NCBI RefSeq assembly: GCF_036365525.1
Contig: NC_090405.1
Location: forward strand, 33,982,224 to 34,046,223
Reading direction: 5' to 3'
Length of the DNA: 64,000 nt
Origin: Heterodontus francisci
Taxonomy: Eukaryota
In this document: in pieces, positions 51,857-61,983 of the stretch
How the letters are laid out: every line of letters begins with the position of its first letter
Position numbering within the stretch: the stretch's first letter is position 1
The notes under the pieces: generated by a model
The model's database searches: none
The model's input: the letters and a program-made list of their open reading frames with translations, nothing else
What the model was told of the DNA's origin: nothing
Translations under genes and position numbers: made by a program

Positions 51857-52003
51857 ATGCAGTCGAATGCAATACAGTGGACGGCAAGAGACTACAGTCT
51901 GAAGGAGTTTGCGAGAAAATTTCGAACATCGTTGCCTAAAATTGTTAAAATCACCGAGGGCTTCCTGGGTCGGCAAGAAGTGGATACGATCAGTGCCAGC
52001 ACC
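51857..52003 (+). CDS. First coding exon of a CABIT-domain-like (THEMIS/GAREM family-like) protein
   Basis: gccaccaaaATG, 49 codons MQSNAIQWTARDYSLKEFARKFRTSLPKIVKITEGFLGRQEVDTISAST, donor gtaagc, local CpG enrichment; the W...SL.EF.....LP.IV.I..G pattern resembles CABIT N-termini. Confidence 0.7.
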
Positions 52004-52538
52004 GTAAGCAGCTCACTGCCCGCGGCTTTTGTGTCCACCATTCGGGGTCGGGTTTTTATTTTATACCCGAGTCAGATTTTACCTGTGAGATTCTAGGAGA
52101 TTCCTTAATATGGGGAGGAATTTCTCAGCAGGGAAAATGCCATCTAAAGTTTGTAATGTATATTTTTATTGGATCATATGCAGGATTTCTCTTGATTACA
52201 GGTTATTTCTTGAACTTTTAAATTTCAGATTTAATTTTATTTCCAATAGTAAACAATGTAAAGTCGAACAATATTTCTGTGTACTTTCAATTCGGGCTGA
52301 ATTTAATATTTACAAAAGGATTCTTGACTCTATTGGCGAGCCCTCCGAGGTGGAAAGGAGTTGCTATCGAGATCATACCTGCCGCAACCTGTCAAACCTC
52401 TTCTTGCACCTTTCAGCTTGAAAATGTTTTGCTGGAACTGCGAGCTGAAAACGGCGCAGTGAGGGCAAAGGGGCTTTGGGCAAATTCGGAACAAACAGTT
52501 TGAGAGAGGAGAGGGTCAAAGACTAGTATTTTAAATAA

Positions 52539-52888
52539 GGGTGGCACAGTGGCGCAGCGGTTAGCACCGCAGCCTCACAGCTCCAGGGACCTGGGTTCGA
52601 TTCCGGGTACTGTCTGTGTGGAGTTTGCAAGTTCTCCCTGTGTCTGCGTGGGTTTTCTCCGGGTGCCTCCGGTTTCCTCCCACAAGCCAAAAGACTTGCA
52701 GGTTGATAGGTAAATTGGCCATTATAAATTGTCACTAGTATAGGTAGGTGGTAGGGAAATATAGGGACAGGTGGGGATGTTTGGTAGGAATATGGGATTA
52801 GTGTAGGATTAGTATAAATGGGTGGTTGATGTTCGGCACAGACTCGGTGGGCCGAAGGGCCTGTTTCAGTGCTGTATCTCTAAAAAAA
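52539..52888 (+). mobile_element. HE1-type V-SINE with TSD
   Basis: Full head, V-domain and tail; taaataaggg duplicated at 52532-52541 and 52889-52898. Confidence 0.92.
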
Positions 52889-55025
52889 TAAATAAGGGCA
52901 ATTATGAGGGCATGAAAGCAGAGCTAGCTAAAGTGAACTGGCAAATTTGGTTAAGGGATAGGTCAATAGAGATGAAGCGGCAGATGTTTAAGTGGATATT
53001 TCAGAATACACAATAGATACATTCCAATGAGAAAGCAAAATTCCAAGTGGAGGACCCACCATCCGAAGTTAGTTAAAGATAGTATCAAAATTAAAGAAAA
53101 CACATATAATTGCACAAAGATGGGTGGCAGGTCAGAAGTTTGGACAGAATATAAAAAACAGCAGAGAATGACTAAAAGATTAATAAGGAAGGAAAGATTA
53201 AAGTACAAGAGAAAGCTAGCTAGAAATATAAAATCAGATAGTAAGAGTTTCTACATGTATTTAAAAAAGAGTTAACAAAGTGCAGATCGGTCCTATAGAA
53301 AGTGAGTCTGGGAATTAATAATGGAATATAAGGAGATGGCATATGAATTGAACAGGTATTTTGCATCAGTCTTCACTATAGAGGATAGAATTAACATTCC
53401 AGAAATAGCTATAGATCAAGAAATGGAAGGGAGGAACTCAAGAAAATTACAATCACCTGGGAAGTAGTACTGAGAAGTTATTGGAGTTGCAGGCTGACAA
53501 GTTCTGGGTCTTAATAGAAGTGACTAGTGAGATAGCTGATGCGTTGATTTTAATTTTCCAAAAATTCCCTAGATTCTGGGAAGATTCCGTTAGATTGTAA
53601 AATAGCCGATGTAACTCCTTTATTCAAAAAGGGAGACAGAAAGCAGGAAACTACAGGCCAGTTAGCATAACATCTGTCATAGGGAAAATGTTAGAAGCTA
53701 TTATTAAAGACATTGTAGCAGGGCACTTAGAAAAATTCAGTGTAATCAGGCAGAGTCAACATGGTTTTGTGAAAGGGAAATCATGTTTAAATGTCTTAAC
53801 AATTTATTGGATTTCTTTGAAGAAGTATCATGTGCTGTGGATAAAGGGGAACTGGCGGACGTACTGTACTTAGATTTCCAGAAGGCATTTGATAAGGTGC
53901 CACGTCAAAGGTTATTGTGGAAAATAAAAGCTCACGGTGTAGGGTAACATATTGGCATGGACCGAAGATTGCCTAACTAATAGGAAACAGACAGTAGGCA
54001 TAAATGGGTCGTTTTCTGGTTGGCAAGATGTAACAAGTGTTGTGCCACAGGGTTCAGTGCTGGGGCACTGAAATTTTACAATTTATACAAATGACTTGGA
54101 TGAAGGGACCAAAGGTATTTTTACTAAATTTGCTGATGACACAAAGATAGGTAGGGAAGTAAGTTGTGAAGGGGACATAAGAAGGTGACAAAGGGATATA
54201 GACAGGTTCAGTGAATTAAACATCTGGCAAATGGAGTATAATGTGGGAAAATGTGAAATTGTCCATTTTGGCAGGAAGAATAGAAAAGAAGCATATTATC
54301 TAAATGGTGAGAGATTGCAGAGCTCTGAGATGCAGATTGATTTGGGTGTCTTAGCGCATGAATTACAAAAGGTTGGTATGCAAGTACAGCAAGTAATTAG
54401 GAAAGCTAATAGAATGTTATCATTTATTGCGAGGGGAATTGAATACAAAAGTGGGGAGATTATGCTTCAGCTGTCCAGAGCATTGGTGAGACCACTTCTG
54501 GAGTACTATGTACAGTATTAGTTTCCTTCTTTAAGGAAGGATGCAAATGCGTTGGAAGCAGTTCAGAGAAGGTTTACTAGAGTAATACCTGGAATGGGCA
54601 GGTTGTCCTAGGAGGAAAGATTGGACAGGCAAGTCTTGTATCCACTGGAGTTTAGAAGAGTAAGAGGTGACTTGATTGAAACATACAAGATCCTGAGGGG
54701 TCTTGACAGGGTGGATGTGGAAAGGATGTTTCCTTTTGTAGGAGAATCTAGAACTAGGGGTCACATTTAAAAATAAGGGGTCGCCCATTTAAGACAGAGA
54801 TGAGGCGAAATTATTTCTCTCAGAGGGTCGTGAGTCTTTGGAACTCTCTTCCTCAAAAGGCAGCGGAAGCAGACTCTTTGAATATTTTTAAGGCTGAAGA
54901 AGATAGATTCTTGTTATGCAAGGGGGTGAAAGTTTATCGGTGGTAGGCAGGAATGTGAAGTTGAGGTTACAATCAGATCAGCCATGATCTTGAATGACGG
55001 AGAAGGCTCGAGGGATCGAATGGCC

Positions 55026-55640
55026 TGTTGTGCCTAACACGCACTTACTCTTAAAGAATCCACTGAATCCGATTGGTGAAAGGTATATCAATATTTTATT
55101 CACACACTGAATCATCAAGTACAAGCTCTCACTACTTGCACAGTATACTACCCGTCAAGACACGAGGTGATCAGTCTCGGACTTGCGGCTGCTCTTGTTC
55201 TCTGAGCCCCTGGCTTAGGGTATCTTCTCGAGTGTTCTTCCCCGGGGTTCTTGTACCTTCCTCAGTTTCAGTCAGGGGTTAAATCTTGTTTCTAAGACTC
55301 TCCCCTCTTACTTACTCATAGGGGTCTGGTATACTGACAATGATATTTCCTTATTTGGCTCAGTGAGAACCTGTTCAAAACTTCACAGTTTCCCATTGTC
55401 TATTATGAGTTTTATCATATCTGGTGTCCATGACGACTCCTAGTTTCTGGGATCCTCCTCAATACCTTTTCTATCATCATATCTACAACTCCTTGGCCAT
55501 CTGTATGCTGTGGCCTCTTTTACCCATCCTCCCTTCAACACACTGTTCATTGTTGTGTTACTGGCCCCTTTGTTTTAATTAAGTTCTTATGTGTTTTTGC
55601 TATATGTGTTTTTACTGTATATGTTTTTACTGGGTATATA
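55026..55640 (-). mobile_element. Probable solo LTR
   Basis: 615-bp insert splitting the CR1 tail; GGCC TSD (55022-55025, 55641-55644); + strand termini TG...TA; AATAAA on the - strand near 55095-55100. Confidence 0.65.
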
Positions 55641-56205
55641 GGCCTACTTCTCCTAATTCAGATGTTCCCTCTCCCCATAGCTCTGCACACCAGACATGCA
55701 CCAGCCTTCCTTGCATCCAGTATTACTCTGGGTCAAATACTGTATGGCTATCATTTACATGGCTTTTAAATATCCTTGTCCATATTAGGATGCATGTCAC
55801 CCATTACTCCTGGAGGAAATTTCCATGAGTGGCAGGGTCTGTACAGAGTCGGTACAAATGGCTCCCACCTGCTTTTCTGTCCCTGCCTACTGCATTACAT
55901 AGGGAAGTCAGCATAATACCAGGACAGGATCTAGCTCATAGACAGTGAAAATGTTTTAAAATCCACCTTTTCCATTTGCCTACTTTGCATTACTTCCTCC
56001 TCAGACCAAGTGCCATGTCACAGCTGAGAAAGCAACCTGCTTCCGCTTTCTGCAAATGGGTGTACTTAACAGGCTCCAACAGGGAAATAGAAACTCCTCC
56101 CTATTTTTCTCCTTCCTAAAATGGTGCAACTGAGGTCAGTACCAGGTACCTCGACAAATTGTTATTGCAAATTAGATACTACCGATCATATTCGTGACCT
56201 AAAGG

Positions 56206-58644
56206 AGGAGTGGGGTATGGGCCAGACTTGCACCACATACAGCAACAACGTGAGCGCCTCGCACCTGATGGCCAGGTTCTTACCCACAATGGAGAAAGAT
56301 CGCTGCTCCCACATGCTCAGTTTATGGTGTACCCTGGCTACTCGCTCCTTCCAGGTTTTGGTGCACAACCCGGCCCTTCCGAACCATATCGCCAGCATCT
56401 TCAGGTAGTCTGACCTGACGGTGAAGGGGACAAAGGAACAGTCAGCCCCGTTCCCAAAGAACATCGCCTCGCTCTTGCCGTGGTTAACGTTGGCTCCCAA
56501 GGCCAGTTCAAACTGGTCACAGATGCTGATCAATCTGCAAACCGACAACAGATCCGAGCAGAAGATAGCGACGTCATCCATGTACAGGGAGGTTTTAACC
56601 TGAGTGCCTCCGCTGCCTGGGATTGTCACCCCTCTTATGCCCGCATCCTTCCTATAAACTCAGCAAAGGGTTCAATACAGCAAACAAACAAGACAGGGGA
56701 GAGAGGGCAGCCCTGTCTGACTCCAGATTGGATCGGGAAACTTTCTGATTCCCAACCATTGATTGAGACTGCACTACTGATGTTTGTGTAGAGCAGTTTG
56801 ATCCAATTGCAGATTCCCTCCCCAAACCCCATTTTGGAGAGCATGTCCATCATGTAGGTGTGCGATATCCTGCCAAAAGCCTTCTCCTGGTCCAAGCTGA
56901 TGAGGCAGGTGTCCACCCTCTCATCCCGTACATAGGCGATCGTATCTCTGAGTAGCGCAAGACTATCAGAGATCTTCCTGCCGGGCACAGTGCAGGTCTG
57001 ATCAGGGTGAATCACCAACACCAGAGCAGACTTGACTTGACTGGCGATGACTTTGGACAGAATCTTGTAGTCAACATTAAGCAGTGAGATGGGCCGCCAA
57101 TTTCTGATTTCTGCCCTCTCCCCCTTCCGCTTGTAGATGAGGTGATGATGCCTTTCCTCATGGATTCTGACATGCTGCCGGCCAGGAGCATACTCTCGTA
57201 TACTTCCAGCAGGTCTCGGCCGACCCAGTCCCACAGGGCCGAATACAACTCAACCGGTAAGACATCGCTTCCGGGAGTTTTACTTGTCTCGAAGGACCTG
57301 ACGGCGTTTGTCAGCTCATCCAGAGTTAGCGGCTTGTCCAGTCTCTCCCTCATGGTGTCATCTAAGACCTCTGTGATAGATGACAGGAAGGATTGGGAGG
57401 CTCTGCTGTCTGTGGGCTTCACGTCGTACAGCCCAGCATAGAATGATTTGTTGATCCTTAGTATGTCGGACTGCGAAGACGTTACCGAGCCATCCTCTTC
57501 CTTCAGGCTGCTGATCAGAGCTCTCTCTGTGTACCTTTTGGAAGAAGTAACATGAGCACGTCACATCCTGCTCAACGGAGCGGACTCTGGACCGGAAGAT
57601 GATCTTGGAGGTCTCCGTGGCAAAGAGCGAGGTCTGCTGGCTCTTCACCTCCTTGACCTCGACCCCCATCGACTGCAGCCGGAGCAGATTTTGCATAATT
57701 TTCTGGAGTTGGGATATTTCCCTCTGTCTCTCTCTCGCCCTCTGAATACCTTTGAAGATAAAGAACCTCTTGATGTTCTCCTTGATTGTCTCCCACCAGT
57801 GAACTGGAGACTCAAAGAGGGGTTTCACGGTTCTCCAACCTGTGTAATCCCTTTTGAGTTCCTCAACGTTCTCTGGGGTTAGCATTGTAGCATTGAGCTT
57901 CCATGTCCCCCTGTCAACCCGCTGGTCATCCGGTAAGTGACAGTCGGCCAGTAAGAGGCAGTGGTTGGAGAAGGACACCGGCTTGACGTCGGTGGATCTG
58001 ACCGTGACAGCACGGGACACAAACAGGAAGTCAATCCGGGAACGGGCAGACCCGTCCGATCTTGACCATGTGTATCTGCGCTGCGCTCCGTCTGCAGGTT
58101 TGCTGAAGACATCGTGCAGTTTGGCATCTTTTGCTGTTTCCATTAGGAATCTGGACGTAGCATCCAGTTTGCTGTCGTCTCTGCCGGATCGTCCAGCTGC
58201 ATCAATGATGCAGTTGAAGTCACTGCCTAGAATGACCGGCCTGGACGTCGCCAGCAGCAGTGGGAGCTGCTGGAAGACGGTCAGCCGCTCGCTGCATTGA
58301 ACCGGGGCATACATGTTGATCAACCGGAGTGGAGCATTGTTGTACATTACATCTGCTACGAGGAGGCGACCGCCCACCACCTCCTTAACTTGGGAGATGG
58401 TGAAGTTACCTCCCCGCAGCAGAATACCCAGGCCGGAGGAACGGGAATCATTACCCCTTGACCAGATCGATGGCCCGTGGGACCACCATCACAACCATTG
58501 CTTGTAGGTGCTGAGATGTGGTATTCCACACTCCTGCAGCAACAGTAGGTCGGCTTTGATCTTGGCGAGGTAATCCAAGGTTGAAACACATCGTGTAGTG
58601 GATTTAACGCTACTCATGTTAATTGAAGCAATCTTTATACCCAT
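56206..58644 (-). mobile_element. Tx1-clade retrotransposon copy C, ORF2 (APE + RT), frameshifted, 3' end missing
   Basis: MGIKIASIN, LLLQECG, ILGSDFNCI, SRIDFLFVS, NWRPISLLNVDYKILSK, GVRQGCPLSP, LYMDDV; homology to copy A stops at 56206. Confidence 0.93.
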
Positions 58645-58649
58645 TTTTA

Positions 58650-60345
58650 AGTTAGTTGTTGCTTCGCACACCATTTGTCCTTGCTAGTCCCAGTCCTTCG
58701 GTATCTTTCCCCTTGAAAACATCACTGCTCCCAGCTTCCCGGAGCTGGAGTGCGCCCGACGCTTCTCCGGTGTCCCGGAGCTGGGATGTGCTGGGCATGT
58801 CGCTAGGTCCAACGCTTTGGGTTTGGGGTGCGGGGCCCATCACAGCTTCCAATGCCCCAGAGCTGGGGGGGCTTTATCTTCCAGCTCCTTTGAGTTCTGC
58901 CGCTTCTTTTGGGGGTGCCGTTGTTCCGGCCCTTCCTCGTCCAGTGAGGAGGAGCTGCTGTAGTCTGTCTCAGACGGTAGCCTCCTCTTTCCAATGGTTT
59001 GGGTGGTGGCCTGTCCTTTTTTGGAGGTTTTTTCTTTGTGGTTTTCCTTTGTACCACCTGCCACTGACCAGTTTATCCATCTGCTGCCTCCTCCTCCATT
59101 GATTCTGTCTGTAAAGGAGGGATTTCCGGGTGCAGGGTAGGTGTTGGGTCACTGGTTTCAGCTGCCTCCCCTTTCTTCTCCTTCTTAGGTAGACTTTCCT
59201 AGCTGCGGGGAGGGTTGCTTGTCTCCTTCCCAGTACCAGACGTGTTCACCGTTCCTTCTCCCAGCCTTTCCTTAGACCTTGCCGCCTCAGCATAACTGAG
59301 GCAGGTTTTGTAGAGGTGGCCTGCCTCACCGCACAAGTTGCAGCACTTACTCTGCTTACAGTCCCTGGTCTGGCCTTCCTTCTTGCAAACAACTGTGCTG
59401 CAGTTAGCTGCCACGTGACTAGATTTGCCACAGGTGCGACAAACTCTGGGTTGCCCTGCATAGGCCAAGAAGCCTTGATTTCCCCTGATAGTGAAGCTGG
59501 AGGGAGGATGGATGATTGCTCTGTTGGCTTCGACCTTCAGGGTCACCTTGACCTGCTGCTTGCTGATCCAAATCCCAAAGGGGTCCTTGACATCAGTGCT
59601 GCTGCCGGCCACCTCGACGTACCTGGTGAGGAAAGTGAGTATATCCACGACAGGAACAGGGGGGTTATAGAGGTGAATTGTCACCACCTAGATTCATAGA
59701 GAGATACAGCACTGAAACAGGCCCTTCAGCCCACCAAGTCTGTGCCGACCAACAACCACCCATTTATACTAATCCTACATTAATCCTATATTCCCTACCA
59801 CATCCCCACCATTCTCCGACCACCTACCTACACTAGGGGCAATTTACAATGGCCAATTTACCTATCAACCTGCCAATCTTTGGCTGTGGGAGGAAACCGG
59901 AGCACCCGGCAGAAACCCATGCGGTCACAGGGAGAACTTGCAAACTCCACACAGGCAGTACCCAGAACTGAACCCGGGTCGCTGGAGCTGTGAGGCTGCA
60001 GTGCTAAACACTGCGCCACTGTGCCACCCACCCGGTCACATTGCGATGGCAGTGTGAAGAGTGGCTCCACTGTGAGGATCGACAGTGGCACCTGGTTTGC
60101 CTTCTCCTTGAACACCTTCAGGAACTTGATGCATCCCGCCACATTCTTGAAAGTCACGTCGAAATATCCACTGCTGGGGAAGTCCTGCAGGCAGAAGATG
60201 TCCGCAGCTTGGAATCCACAACAATGAGGATTTTATTGATGAAGAAGGTACAGTCAACCGGTGCATCTCCATCCTTATCCTTCACCACCACCTGAACGGT
60301 GTTACGCACTCCCTGGCTTGAAGCTCTAGAATTGGTTACAGTCAT
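58650..60345 (-). mobile_element. Tx1 copy C, ORF1 (ZCCHC3-like, CCHC knuckles), disrupted
   Basis: ATG at 60345; IFCLQDFPSSGYFDVTF, YAGQPRVCRTCGKSSHVAANC, CNLCGEAGHLYKTC. Confidence 0.9.
59689..60027 (-). mobile_element. HE1-type V-SINE nested in Tx1 ORF1
   Basis: Splits ...PSQCDR|VVTIHLYN...; short ccacc duplication at both ends. Confidence 0.9.
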
Positions 60346-60383
60346 TTTACTCAAAACCTACCTGGAACAGGAGCAAAGGCCAC

Positions 60384-60415
60384 TGATCATGGTCTCTCCC
60401 CTGCCAGGTAAGTAT
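60384..60415 (-). ncRNA. RNU1: U1 snRNA 5' fragment (nt 1-32), not a complete gene
   Basis: ATACTTACCTGGCAGGGGAGAGACCATGATCA, 31/32 identical to the canonical vertebrate U1 5' end, starting exactly at U1 +1. Confidence 0.92.
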
Positions 60416-60432
60416 CAAGTAGCAAATGGACA

Positions 60433-60829
60433 TGTTGGGGTTGTTTTTCAGTCCATTGTGCAGTTTTACTTGGAGCTGGTGTACTTGGTCACTGCCTTTG
60501 CCCCTTCCGACACGGCGTGCTTGGCCAGCTCCCCGGGCAGCAGCAGGCGCACGGCGGTCTGGATCTCCCGGGAGCTGATGGTGCTGCGCTTGTTGTAATG
60601 GGCCAGGCGGGAAGCCTCACCCATGATGCGCTCGAAAATATCGTTCACAAATGAGTTCATGATGCTCATGGCCTTGGAGGAGATGCCGGTGTCGGGGTGA
60701 ACCTGCTTCATCACTTTGTAGATGTAGATGGAGAAACTCTCCTTCCTCGTCTTTCTCCGCTTCTTGCCGCCCTTTGCTGAAGGTTTACTCACAACTTTCT
60801 TGGCACCCTTCTTAGCAGCTGCTTTCTAC
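60433..60829 (-). pseudogene. H2B: Histone H2B pseudogene (no ATG, no 3' stem-loop)
   Basis: [53 protein letters not shown]...AVTKYTSSK*; preceded by an in-frame TAG and the Tx1 poly(A); substitutions at normally invariant sites (ESF, ERIMG, EGAK). Confidence 0.93.
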
Positions 60830-61983
60830 TTTTTTTTTTATTTCCAAAATATGCTTTATTCATAAAAATCTGTAAAAATTACATTCCCAAACAGTTTAAA
60901 CCAGCATCAAGTCAAAAAATACAAACAGTGCAAAGGTGAACAGTTTCCTTCTATACAATCATGAGTTGCCTCACAACCCTTCCATTTCATTGTCATGCCA
61001 TATACATTTTTACATTTACAGCACACAAAATTTTCCCGATACAGTTCGAGGGGTTTCCCCTGGATCCAGCTCCTCAGTTCAGCTTGGTGGGGGGACCTTA
61101 CACTGTGGTCTTTCCCCATTGAGCCTTTGCTGCGGCTGCCCCAAACTTTAGTGCGTCCCTCAGCACGTAGTCCTGGACCTTGGAATGTGCCAGTCTGCAA
61201 CATTCGGTGGTGGACAACTCTTTGCGCTGGAAGACCAGCAAGTTTCGGGCAGACCAAAGGGCATCTTTCACCGAATTTATAGTCCTCCAGCAGCAGTTGA
61301 TGTTTGTCTCGGTGTGCGTTCCTGGGAACAGCCCGTAGAGCACAGACTCCTGTGTTACAGAGCTGCTTGGGATGAACCTCGACAAAAACCACTGCATCTC
61401 TTTCCACACCTGCTTTGCAAAGACACATTCCAGGAGGAGGTGGGCGACCGTCTCTTCCCCACCACAGCCAACGCGGGGGCACTGTGCGGAGGGGGCAAGA
61501 CTTCGGGTGTGCATGAAGGATCTGACGAGAAGGGCCCTTCTCACCACCAGCCAAGCTACGTCTTGGTGTTTGTTTGAAAGTTCTGGTGATGAGGCATTCC
61601 GCCAAATGACTTTGACGGTCTGCTCGGGGAACCATCCGACAGCATCCACTGTCTCCTTTTCCCGTAGGGCCTTGAGGACATTCCGTGCAGACCACTGCCT
61701 GATGGACCGGTGGTCAAAGGTGTTTTCCCGCAGAAACTGCTCCACGAAGGATAGGTGGTACGGCACGGCCCAACTGCTTGGAGCATTCCGCGGCAATGTG
61801 GCCAAGCCCATCCTTCGCAACACCGGGGACAGATGGAACCTCAGCACGTAGTGACACTTGGAGTTTGCGTACTGGAGGTCTACACACAGCTTGATGCAGC
61901 CACACACGAAGGTGGTCATCAGGATGAGGGCCACGTTGGGTCCATTTTTCCCGCTCTTATCCAGAGATTTGAACATCGTGTCC
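60830..61983 (-). mobile_element. Tx1 copy B: 3' part of ORF2, 3' UTR and poly(A)
   Basis: Open frame DTMFKSLDK...CPRVGCGGEETVAHLLLEC...WGKTTV* (stop at 61098), AATAAA at 60860-60855, A10 at 60839-60830. Confidence 0.95.

Larger units (their letters stand above)
52495..55670 (+). mobile_element. CR1 (HER1-like) LINE ORF2, interrupted by an HE1 SINE and a solo LTR
   Basis: GNYRPVS, QHGFVKGKSC, YLDFQKAFDKVP, KFADDTK, LVRPLLEY; tail gaatggcc resumes at 55641. Confidence 0.9.

Noticed and set aside
60384-60415. Functional U1 snRNA gene
   Set aside because: Only nt 1-32 are present; there is no Sm site or 3' stem-loops, and H2B sequence lies where the PSE should be.
60466-60792. Functional short H2B variant from the GTG start in the ORF track
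   Set aside because: No promoter, ATG or stem-loop; in-frame TAG upstream; substitutions at conserved residues.
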